From Narcine bancroftii (taxonomy: Eukaryota), in the NCBI RefSeq assembly GCF_036971445.1, contig NC_091471.1, forward strand, positions 109,864,001 through 109,928,000: a DNA stretch of 64,000 bases. Direction: 5' to 3'. A program made the translations under genes and the position numbers. Positions 1 through 11,319 of this stretch are shown here, one piece after another. The notes under the pieces are model-generated. The model worked only from the letters and a program-made list of their open reading frames with translations, did no database searches and was not told the origin of the DNA. Positions within the stretch are counted from its first letter, which is position 1, and the number at the start of each line of letters is the position of its first letter.

Positions 1-232
1 AAATCTGAAATAAAGATGAATGTAGCAAGTCAGACTGAGAATTAGGTCTACAGAAGTAACCCTTCATTAACTTCCAACAAAACCATTACTATGTTGTAAG
101 ATCCTGACATATATTTAGGAGATTTCCAATTGAGATGGGGTGATACTTTAATCACCTGAGTGCTTCATCAGCATTTCAACTCTAGTCCAGTTTATGATGT
201 GTAGAGGAAATTAAAGTCACCCCTGTGATATA

Positions 233-844
233 CCGTATGTACTTGTGTAATTATTGAAACCATGTAATAGTCGCCCCCTCCCCTTTTGGCCTAAAAATAG
301 GGTGTTTTTTCTTGTATGGCCTGTGTAAAATTCAAATCCCCCTCCCCCCAATTTTTAGCCTTGGCCGCCCACACATTCAAACTCCCGACCACTGATCCTC
401 ACCCCATCACTTGCCCATCCGAACTCCGAACCACGGATCCTCGCCCTATCACCTGCCCATCCGAACACCTGACTGACTGCTGATCCTCGCCCCAACACCT
501 GCCCATCCGAACTCCTGACCATGGATCCTCACTGTTGCTGCCTGCCCATCAAACTCCCGTCCTGGATCTTCACCCCAGCTTCCTGCCTATCTGAACTCCT
601 GACCAACTGCACACCCATCTGAACTTGCGACTGTGGATCCTCACCCAGATGCCTGCCCCTCTGAGCTACTGATGCCCCGATCTTGAACTTACTTCCTGGT
701 CATGGCCATCTGAGTTCCCGATATCTTGAACGATGCACGTACTCAGGAGGTCAAAAGTTTGACCAGTGTAAAAGTCGACATCCCCCCACTTTTTTTACTC
801 CAAAAAGTGGACCAAAAATTCAATGATTACTTGAGTATTTATGC
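233..844. mobile_element. Non-autonomous Tc1/mariner (Tc2/pogo-type) MITE with internal ~41-bp tandem repeats
   Basis: TA|CCGTATGTACTTGTGTAATTATTGAA ... TTCAATGATTACTTGAGTATTTATGC|TA degenerate TIRs; internal repeats of cccatccgaactcctgaccactgatcctc (~370-720). Confidence 0.65.
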
Positions 845-859
845 TAATTCTGTATGTTA

Positions 860-1096
860 AATTTAAATTTAGACATACAGCATGGTAACAGGCCATTTCG
901 GCCAACAAATCTGTACGGCCCTATTTACACCTATTTAACCATTAACCCATTATGTTTCAAATGGTGGGAGGAAACTGGAGTCCTTACTGAAAACTCATCC
1001 AGACATGGGAAGGACGTACAAACTCCTTACAGACAGGCCAAGATTCGAACCCGGGTGCTGTAAAAGCATTGCACTAACTGCGACACTAACCATGCT
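860..1096 (-). mobile_element. tRNA-derived SINE with CR1-like 3' tail
   Basis: Minus strand has an A-box-like start, B-box GGTTCGAATC, core ctgtaaggagtttgtacg and tail ggcctgttaccatgctgtatgtctaaattt; several related copies in the window. Confidence 0.8.
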
Positions 1097-1300
1097 GGCC
1101 CAATGTTATGTGATTACAGATGGCCAAAAATAGAAAGAGATGAAATTGTTTGATATTTAATAAGATCACAAATCCAATAGATGTATCTCCACCAGGCCCA
1201 GTCCAGACTACTCTCCAAACTGGTTTAAACTTCATTCGCCCACTACATTTATCTCCAAACCTAGGCAAATTCTAACCCATTACATCAACTTTATCCCACC

Positions 1301-2720
1301 TTATCAGATTTTTATCAAACAAGGGAAAAACCAGATTGGACCAAGTTAGAGTTAGATAAAATAGGGGAGAAGGTACAGAACATATAGTTTATAAGTGGGA
1401 TGAAAAACTGGTGCAACATAGAAGTTCACCAGTATTGCACCATCTGCTTAACATTTGGAAGAAAATTCACATAGAAAGGAAAAAAAAATTACCAGCAACC
1501 AAAATAATTATTGACGCAAAATCAACTAATCCCTTTCACCTTTCCTTTAGAGAGTGGGAGAGAAAAGGGATCAAAAGAATTGAAAATTGTTTTTTGGGAA
1601 ATAATTTATTATCTTTTGAACAAATTAAGTACAAATATGGTATAACTCACAGTACAATGTTTGCATACCACCAACTGAAAACCTACTTAAAGGACAAATT
1701 GGGAAGCAGACTGAGGTTACCAGAAGAAAGCAGCTTTGAATATGTGATTACAGACACAATGATAATTAAAAGATTTATAACAAACATATACATCAAGCTG
1801 CAAGAGAAAGAGAATAATGAAATAAGCTGTAAACCCAAACAAAAGTGGGAACAAGATCTAAACATAAAGATAAAAAATGAAAACTGGGAAAAGCTATGCT
1901 CCGGAACTATGAGAAATACAATATACACGAGCTTACGCATGATACAATATAATTGGTTACACAAGCTATACACCATGCCCCAAAAGTTAAATAAATGGGA
2001 CCCAACAGATTCAGATAGATGTTTTTGCTGTAAGAAGGAAACGGGAACAATAGTACATGCAATTTGGGCATGTGAGAAAGTGGAAAAGTTTTGGGAAGAT
2101 CTAAATCAGGTATTAAATAAAATCACAAAAAGCAACATACCAAAAAATCCAGAGATCTTTCTTCTAAGTAATATAAGAAGTAAAGAACTAGGCCTCAAAT
2201 TGGAGGAAGCACAAAAAAGATTTATTATGATAGCCTTAGCTGTAGCAAAAAAATGTATAATGTCAACCTGGAAATCAGAAGAGAGCCTGAGTATACAGCA
2301 AAGGTACATGGAAATGAATAAATGTATTCCTTTGGAAAAAATTACATATAATTTAAAAAATAAAGTCACAGTATTCGAACAAATTTGGGAACCGTAAATG
2401 GAACACAACAGAGAGGGCCTACCGCGGACCTCCACCCCCTAAAATGATAGAATGAGAAGAAGACGAAATGAACTGACCCAGTATGTAAAAGTAGATGACA
2501 CAATTTTCTTGTTTATTTTTGTTGTGTGATGACATTGTTTAATGGGTTTATTGTATTGTATATGTTGAATGTTTAGTGGGTAGGGAGGGGGGTGGGAAGG
2601 AGAGAGGGAAGGGAGGGGTAAAAGGGGAGAAAATGACACTGTGCATATTCAAGAGGGAAATGTTTGTGTGTATTTTGGTTAATATGGTTCATAGTGTGAA
2701 AAATAAAAATTTTTTAAAAA
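1301..2720 (+). mobile_element. 5'-truncated L1-clade LINE: ORF2 C-terminus (1411-2397), G-rich 3' UTR, A-rich tail
   Basis: CxxC...HxxxxC knuckle (CFCCKKETGTIVHAIWAC), LEKITY..FEQIWEP end, AATAAA at ~2702; imperfect 13-bp TSD actt(t/a)atccca(c/t)c at 1288-1300 and 2721-2733. Confidence 0.9.
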
Positions 2721-3565
2721 ACTTAATCCCATCTGATACAAACTAAGTCTCTCCGAGTTTTCCTCTCCATTCCCCAATCATTTCCATGGCACATATAACC
2801 TTTTATCTCTTATAGAAGTCTGTCCTTCTGTGTTCATTGTGTTTGGCAATTTGGACCTAAGCCTATTCCTGGCATATGTCCCATTTATTTTTCCCCTCTG
2901 ATGTCTTCTCAGATACTTTCTCTGCCAAAATCACTTCCTTTTCTTCACCCCATCTAGATACATAGCCTCCTAATGCCCTCCCTAATCCTTCACTACACTT
3001 TGATTTATTTAATCTCCCAATGTTGTTCTTTGATCTCTCTTGGATTGCCCTTACAGGTTCACTCTGTGCATCATTTAGGCCCATTAAAGTACTCGTAGCT
3101 GCCTCCTTAGTTGCAACAGCCCCAAATGCTCCTTCCATTCTTACACTGCACTTCAGCCAAGGCACCTTTGTTGGGTATATCTTGCCTATGTTCTTCCCAT
3201 CAAACATCTCACTGATACTAACTCTTTACATCTGACCCAGTTATCACTGCCCCATTTATATCATGCTCCAACATGTCAGTTCATTTACAAAAATCTGTGA
3301 TGAACTCTGAGATCATCCAACCTGACTGTACCTGCCCAGACCATTGCAATGTCAGGATGCTTTAAACAATTCCTCACCTCTTGATCTGTCCCCTTCTCAT
3401 AGGTTATTTATTTTTCCTTTTGGTGTTTCACCTTGTTCAGCCTTATTGCCTCTCATTTAAAATCCACATGCTCTCCAAACCAGCCAATTATTAACTCTGT
3501 ATCCTCAACCAAATATGTTATGCCTCACTCAGAGTCTGCAATGGGCATTTTCAATGAGTTCGAGC

Positions 3566-3770
3566 AAACATAGTGAAGCTGGAGGCACTCAACTGGTCAG
3601 GTAAATGGACAGCCAACATTTCAGGTCAGGACCAAGACTCGAAGAAAGGTTCTGACCTGAATACTGACTGATCATTTCTCTCACTGGATGCTGCCTGACC
3701 CTTTGAGTCCCTCCAGCTTCTCTTTGTTTTCTCAAGATTCCAGCAACTGCATATTGTGTGTTAACAGTGA
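3566..3770. mobile_element. Short palindromic Penelope-like remnant (two inverted 3' ends)
   Basis: Arms gaagctggaggcactcaa..ggtcagg and cctgacc..ttgagtccctccagcttc are inverted; same terminus as the GIY-YIG copies at 4350-5345. Confidence 0.6.
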
Positions 3771-4349
3771 TTTCTACCTGCAACTTGCATCACCTTGTAC
3801 TTTATTCTGACTTCACTGCCATCCTGCTGTGTAGGTAAACATCAGAAAGCAGTGCACTTCATGTAGCCTGGTTGATATGACAGTTTCAAACAGGAAAGGA
3901 CCATTCTTGATCACTTCCATGCAACACCTTTACCACATGCCCCCTGCCCTTCTAAACTTACTTCCCTTTTATAACTCATCCGAAGATAAAACTCCCTCAC
4001 ACCCCCACTTACATGTACATATTCAAAATGTTAACTGTGAAATTTTAACTCTTTTTCACAAGAATATTTCTGCAGTGACTAACCTGCACAACTAAGCTCA
4101 TGTCTCCATTAATGGATGTGGATTTGATTGGGTTTATTTCAGCAAAGCTGAACTACCCCCTGGCTTTCTCTCATTTGCCAAACTATTCAATATTCCACAT
4201 TGAAATACAAGGATAATCTTCAACTACCACCTTTTCCTGCTACATCCTGTCATCTTAAATCCCCCTCCCCTCTCTCTCTCTCTGTCCTCATTCCTAATAA
4301 GAGGGATGACAGATGATTTGTCACTTCAACATAAATGAACCAGCCTTCC

Positions 4350-5345
4350 TACAACTGGAGTGAAACACGAAAGTCTGGAGATGCTGTTATTGTAGTAAAA
4401 ACATTGATATGCTGGAGGAACTCAGCAGGTCTCGCAGCATCCTTAGGAGGTAAAGATGTTTTACCATCATTTCGGGCCTGAGCCCTTCCTGAAGGTATGA
4501 GTGAAAAACAAACTGCAAGACTGGTGAAAAGGATGGGGGGAGGAGGAGTACAGATCAACAGGCAAAACATGTTCATTTGATATGAGAAGAGGTCAGGAGA
4601 GGGGAAGGATGAGAATTGATTGGGGAAGGGAGGGTTGTTTTTAACTTTGTGAAAGAAGAAAAGGGAAGAGGAAACATAGCTATAGGAAAGGAGAAATAGG
4701 GAAAGATGACTTGGGGATGAACGGAAACAGGAGAAGTTGATGCTAATGCCATCTGGTTAGAGGGTGCCCACATGGAATACAAGGCGTTATTCCTCCCAAT
4801 TGCGGGTGATCTCAGTCTGGCAGAGCATGAGAGCATGAACAAAAATGTCGGTGAGAGAATGGAGCGGGGAATTGAAATGGGTGGCCACTGTGAGATCCCC
4901 AGTTTTGCGATGGATGTCCATTCTTCCCTTCCCACCAATTGTGCCCTTGACACCTACTGCTATGACAGCAGGAGATGCTCCACTTGCACTTAGATCTCTT
5001 CCCTCACCACCATTCTGGGCCCCAAATAGTCTTTCCAACTGAAGCAACTCTTCACTTGTGAATCTGCAGGGGTCACTGACTGCTTGCAGTGCTCTCATTG
5101 TGGTCTCCTCTACATCGGAGAGACAAGGCGCAGACTGGGAGATCACTTCGTTGAGCATCTCCACTCTGTCTGCCACAAGAGTGTGGATCTCCCAGTGGCC
5201 ACCTATTTCAATGCCCCACCCCATTCCCTTGCCGACATATCTGCACTGAGGAGGGGCTCAGGCCTGAAAAATTGGTAATACATCTTTACTTTATATGAAT
5301 GCTGTGAGATCCGCTGAGTTCCTCCAGCATTTGTGTGGCTTTCCT
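4350..5345. mobile_element. Penelope-like retroelement remnant with inversion: minus-strand 3' part (4350-4920) joined to plus-strand part (4920-5345)
   Basis: GIY-YIG peptide CSHCGLLYIGETRRRLGDHFVEHL..PVATYFN on +, and VATHFNSPLHSLTD on -; both outer ends carry the same terminus (ctgagttcctccagca) in opposite orientation. Confidence 0.85.
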
Positions 5346-5416
5346 ACTTTTGGTGCCCTACTTCAGAACTTGCAGCCTTCATTGGTTGCTTTTCTCATGT
5401 TCTCTGTGAAGGAATA

Positions 5417-5720
5417 CATGGTGGTACAGCAGCTAGTGCAACTGCTGTGCAGCTCTAGTGACCACATTCAATCCTAACATGCTGAGTTTGTGCATCCTTC
5501 AGGTTCTCTGGTTTCCTGCCATATCCCAAGGATGTGCTGGTAGTTTAATTGTCCATTATAAATTGTTCCTTGGTTTGCTGGCTGGCAGGAGGTACAGGAG
5601 GGGGATTGATGGATGTGTAGAAGAGAATAGATGACAGGTGATAGGTGGAGAAATGAGACAGATGAATGTCTTCTGAGAACTGGCATGGACTTGACAGGCT
5701 GAATGGCCTCTTTCTGTGTC
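5417..5720 (+). mobile_element. Degenerate tRNA-derived SINE
   Basis: catggtggtacagcagctagtgc...ttcaatcc head, ggtttcc core, ggctgaatggcctc CR1-like tail. Confidence 0.55.
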
Positions 5721-5749
5721 ACCAGGAAATATGTAAGAATGCTTACTAA

Positions 5750-5890
5750 GGTAACCTATCCCTCATCCACTCACCTTGACCTCTCTGCAGCCTTTGACAA
5801 TGTTGACCACTCCATTCTGTTCAGTGCCTCTCTACTGTTATCCACTGGATTATCTCCCCTCTTAGTTTTCTAGTTGTAGCCAGAGATCAG
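5750..5890 (+). mobile_element. Ancient L2-like LINE RT fragment
   Basis: cttgacctctctgcagcctttgacaatgttgaccac reads LDLSAAFDNVDH, an L2-type RT motif. Confidence 0.6.
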
Positions 5891-6379
5891 TAGCAAGGCC
5901 TCATCTCCTGCTGGTATGTTAGTTGGCCATTGTAAATTATGTGCAGATGAATGATAGAATCTGGTGATGAGAATGTGAGGAGACCAAAAAATAGTAATAA
6001 TGTAAGATAGTGTAAATGGGCTGTTGAAGGTCAGCTTGAACCATATGGGCCAAAGGGCCTGTTTCTGTGCTGTATGAAGACTCTTTGATCCCATATACTT
6101 CTTAATCTGCTTTGGTTCCATATTAAGTAATGTCTTTATTTATATTTAAATAAATCATTGTTTTTACTCTTGTCCCTCCATTTGTCTGAAAGTATCACTG
6201 AGTTGCCTGTATTGATCAAATTCTGGTCTGTAGGTCATCATCGATCCATTGCTCTTTCTTTTGTCAGCCACGTCTTCAGCTATGGGCCTGGTGAACCTGA
6301 TTTAAATAATGATCCTACTGTTGGGAAGATATAAAACCTCTTGAAACTGTAATTCTTGTCATAAACCTCTTTGATATTT

Positions 6380-6775
6380 ACTTCTCTTTCCTCCTTGCAG
6401 ACATCCCTAAAGCCCTGTGAGTTTTTGTGGCTCCCTCTCTGCTCCCCCTCTCCACTTTGTCCCACTGCTCTTTGCCTCTTCAATCACATTCTGACCAAAA
6501 CTCACAACTACAATTCTTGCCAATCAACTGTTTCCACTTCCTCATCTGTTCATCATCCTCCAACCCTCCCTGACTCAACCAGTCCTTAACTGGCTCTTAT
6601 CCAACTTCTCCCACCCTGTCCTTATCATTCTGGTTGTTTCCTCTCTGCACTCGTCTTGATGGAAAGTTCTGCCTCGAAACGTTGACCATTCTTTTTTCTT
6701 ACTGAGGCTGTTCAACCTGATGAGCTCCTCCAGCATATTGTTGTTTTGCTCCAGGTTCTAGTATTGCGTGTCTTC
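6380..6775 (+). mobile_element. Penelope-like 3' remnant
   Basis: Pyrimidine-rich body ending ...cgaaacgttgacc...cctgatgagctcctccagcat, like the other Penelope termini. Confidence 0.55.
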
Positions 6776-8222
6776 AACCAAGCTTTGGTCATTTGCCTAA
6801 TAAACCTTTACAGGTCTCTGAATCAAATTTTTATTTGTGAAAAGCCATGGATGTTTTGCTAAACTATAGGAACTTTATAAATTGTTAGATTTACTTGGAG
6901 TGTTCATGATCAAGACAGGCAATTGTATCTGATTGGGACAAAATAATGAAAATAAACCAAGTCCTTTTTAAATTTGTTCTCTGTGCCTTTATTTCATTAA
7001 ACTTACAGTATAAACCTGCAGTTTTCAATATTCATTCTTTTTTGGAGGATGTATGGATTTTATAAACATCTCCAATGAATTATGTTCTGAAACAAATACC
7101 TCAGTTGATATGAAATAAATAAATTGTCATTTATTTTTGGATAAAATAAGTGGAAATCTGATTTTTTTTACCTTCATAAGAACAGAGCTTCTGATTTTGG
7201 AGAACACACCCATTTTTATGGGTATTTGTCTGAACATGCTAATTTTGCATTAAATGAAGCCAACTCTCAGCAGAAGTTTTAGTTTTAATCCTTCTCAAAG
7301 GCCGTCTCCATTCCCAGCAATGGTACCATTATTAGAATTAGTAATGGCATTGTGATACTTTGTTGAGCTAAGGGAAGCTTTTTATATTGTTTCACCAGCC
7401 CCTGGGGCTGAAGATGGGCCATTTGCCGGGAATAAAATCCACTTCTTAAATTGCTTCTTAACATATTTACTTTATAGCTCAGGTAATTTAATCTGATTTC
7501 AGAGCTTTAAGGCTCTTTGCTGTTTAGTGACTATGTCTGAAAATGTTCAATGTTCCATGCTTGAAAAGTTGTTAGTGAAGTAAGAGCATCAAATGCATGG
7601 TCGATCTGATCAATCAGTTAATCTGACAGAATTGTACGTGAAGTGGTCTTGAATGAATATGATCTAATTACTTCCAGTTGCTTCAAGATTGACTTTATTG
7701 GCTGCTACAAGCTTTGCTTGTATTCATAACTTCTACTTCATGCCATGGCAGTGAATGCTAGGAAGGGGATGAATGAAGGTATAGTCGCATAGAGGTTATA
7801 TACTGGACAAGCAACCAGAGTTCTGGAGCATTAATCTAGGGAAATGTTTAAATCTCACATTAGCCATATTAAATTAAATTCAAAATAATTAAATAAAATG
7901 TGTGTGTTTTTTTTTAAAAAAAGACTAGACTCAACAAAACCACCAGATAGATAAAATTTGCCCTTTTTCCAATTTGCCTTTGTCCATTGGGGTAAGAATC
8001 TATTACCATTATCGAACCTGGCCTTTGAAACCCAGACTACCAATTTGTTGACTCTTGTCTACATCTTCCATTCATGAACAATTAGGGGTGGACAATTAAT
8101 GCTTATCTTGCCAGAAATTTCCACATCACATGAACAAGTACATGACACATAATAACAATCACAGGAGGGAAGGTGATGATTTCAGGGTTTTGCATATGCT
8201 ACTTGAGCCTAAGTTTACCGAA

Positions 8223-10808
8223 AGGCACTTTCAGGTAGATTAAATATTCATTTGTACAGACAGAGGTTCTTTGCCCTTATGGCTAAAGATGTACCTTCCT
8301 AAATATGCCCTGGTTGGCTCGGAGGCTCAAATTCCAACCCTTCTTGGGGAAGGATAATTGGCGGAGTACTACACTCTGCTGCCTGACCTGAATGCACAGC
8401 CACTGCAAGCGGCTGGTTAGGAGAGGGCTGATGACGCAGGGTTGGTGGACGGGAGCTGTCATCGGGAGCTGTCAGGGCAGTGGGTCTGTCAGGGCAGCGA
8501 GAACTGTCAACGGGTCAGCGGGGACCATTGGAACAGTGGGAGCTGTCAAGGGGTGGTGAGATCCATCAGGGGCCAGCAGGGACCATTGGGGCAGCGTGAG
8601 CCATCAGGGCAGCGTGAGCCGTTGGGGGCGGCAGGGACTATCAGGGGTGGCAGGGACTATCGGGGCTCTGGGGACAGGCGGGGCAGTGGGGACTGTCGGG
8701 GCAGCGGGGACCTTTGGGGCACCAGGAGCCAGCATGGGACAGCTGGCAGGGTTCAGGGTGGCTCAAAACATGACAGAGCAATGGATGTCTTCCCTACCCA
8801 TAATCCCCCACACAACTGGAAAAGTTCTAGGAAACACAGAACAGTTCCAGCTGTGTGGGGGATTATGGGTAGGGAAGACAGCCATTGCTCTGCCACATAT
8901 TTATGATGGGTGGTGCTGTGGTACCAGTCTCCTTGCCTCCATCGGCTCCAGGGGGTGATGTGAGGTGCCTCTGGTTATGAATGGGGCGCTGGAGCAGCCT
9001 TTTACAAGAGAGGATACAAATAACCTCTCAAGGATGTTGGGAAACATAGAGACTAATGCAAGGGAGGAACTGAAAGAAATCAGTATTTCTAAGGACATGG
9101 TCTTGGGGAAATTGATAGGATTGAAGGGAGATAAATCCCAAGGGCCTGATAATCTACATCCTAGGGTACTTAAGGAAGTGGCCATTCAGATAGGAGATGC
9201 TTTAAGAATTATTTTCCAGAACTTGATAGACTCAGGATCAGTACCCATGGATTGGAGGGTAGCTAATGTTACCCCACTATTTAAAAAGGTGGGGGGGGGT
9301 AGAGAAAAAGCAGGGAATTATAGGCCAGTGAGCCTTACATCAGTAATGGGCAAAATGATGGAATCCATTATTAAGGATGTAATAGCGGAGCATATGACTA
9401 GCAGAGAAGGGATTGGACAGAGTCAACATGGATTTACAAAAGGTAAATCGTGCTTGACAAATCTATTGAAATTCTTTGAGATGGTGACAGGTAAAATAGA
9501 TGGGGGAGAGCCAGTGGATGTGGTGTACCTGGACTTCCAAAAGGCCTTCGATAAGGTCCCGCATAAACGACTGGCTTCCAAAATCAAGGCTTATGGGATT
9601 GGGGGCAAAGTATTGATGTGGATTGAGAACTGGCTGGCAGGTAGAAGACAGAGAGTTGGGATAAATGGCTCGTTTTCTGAGTGGCAGGCGGTGACCAGTG
9701 GGGTGCCACAGGGATCTGTACTGGGACCCCAGCTGTTCACAATTTACATTAATGATCTAGATGAGGGGATTGGATGTAATATCTCCAAATTTTCAGATGA
9801 CACTAAGCTAGGAGGGGTTGTGTGCACGGAAAAGGGGGTCAGGAAGCTCCAGTGTGATTTGGATAAATTGAGGGACTGGGCAGATACATGGCAAATGCAC
9901 TACAATGTGGATAAATGTGAGGTTATCCACTTTGGTAATACAAACCGAAGGGTAGATTACTATTTGAATGGCAATAGATTAAGAGATGGGGAAGTGCAGA
10001 GAGACCTAGGGGTACTTGTACACCAGTCTCTGAAGGCGAGCATGCAGGTACAGCAGGCAGTTAAAAAGGGAAATGGTATGTTGGCCTTCATATCAAGAGG
10101 GTTTGAGTAGAGGAACAAGGATACCTTACTGCAGCTGTACAGGGCCTTGGTGAGACCCCACCTGGAATATTGTGTGCAGTTTTGGTCACCTTATCTAAGG
10201 AACGATGTTTTTGCAATGGAGGGAGTGCAGAGGCGATTTGCCAGGCTGATACCTGGAATGGCAGGAATGACTTATGAGGAAAGATTGCGCAAATTGGGAT
10301 TGTACTCGCTGGAGTTTAGAAGATTGAGAGGGGATCTCATAGAGACCTATAAAATTCTGGCAGGACTGGACAGAATGGATGCAGGTGGGATGTTTCCAAT
10401 GATGGGAAAATCCAGAACCCGGGGCCATGGTTTGAGGATAATAGGCAAACCATTTAGGACTGAAATGAGGAGGAATTTCTTTACCCAGAGGGTGGTGAAT
10501 TTGTGGAATTCATTGCCACAGAGGGCAGTAGAGGCAGGTTCATTAAATATATTTAAGAAGAAATTAGATATATTTCTTCAGTATAAGGGTATTAAAGGTT
10601 ACGGAGAGAAGGCGGGGACGGGGTACTGAACTTTAAGATCAGCCACGATCTCGTTGAATAGCGGAGCAGGCTCGAAGGGTCGATTGACCTACTCCTGCTC
10701 CTATCTTCTATGTTTCTATGTTTCTGTGTTGTCTGAAAGGTAAGTTCTTAGTTTTCCTTCTGCTTCTGTAGCCAACCTCAAGGTGGAGGTCTGATGTGAA
10801 ATGGCCTT
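8223..10808. mobile_element. Degenerate PIF/Harbinger-like non-autonomous element with internal GC-rich ~18-bp tandem repeats (8440-8760), interrupted by a CR1
   Basis: Left end aggcactttcaggt resembles the TIR of the 44387-45786 element; 8335-8412 aligns with the reverse complement of 45600-45683; possible right end gtgaaatggcct. Confidence 0.45.
8999..10725 (+). mobile_element. Young 5'-truncated CR1 LINE; ORF2 RT nearly intact (one in-frame TAG at 10108-10110, ends 10629)
   Basis: NYRPVSLTS, YLDFQKAFDKVPH, GVPQGSVLGP, FSDDTKL, RPHLEYCVQFWSP; (tttctatg)n tail. Confidence 0.95.
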
Positions 10809-11319
10809 TAGCTTTCCAAAAGAGAGAGAAAGAATATGTTATGGATTTATGTTATATACATTTCTGATCTGGGTGCCCATGACCCCAATAATGACCCCAT
10901 GTAATTTAAATGAGCCAACACCAAGCTGTGCACTAAAGGGTGACTGGAGTCCAACATTGATTGACAGGTGATGCAACTTCCGAATAAGTTTCAGACAGGG
11001 CGGACAGGTAACCACCCGCAATCCACAATATTCCAGACAGACAGGGAGACCATGTCTTTCTCTACAATCCACATATAGCATGATCCTATCTGAAATTATT
11101 TGTAGGCAGTGAATTGTCAGGATCTGAAATCCAATGTCTGAATGGGTAATGGAAACCGATTCAAAAGCCCCTTCCAAAAAGAAATTGTTTGACCATATAG
11201 CTGCTTTAAGTGAAGATATTTTACAGGACTATGGAGTTAAAGCAGGGGAGTGGAATTAATTACGTAGCTTGTTCAGAAAGTTAGCAGAATATTTGACTCA
11301 CGACTGTGGAATAAAATCC

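Noticed and set aside
8442-8958. Gly-rich ORFs fused to the CR1 RT
   Set aside because: Low-complexity tandem repeat; adjacency results from a 5'-truncated CR1 insertion
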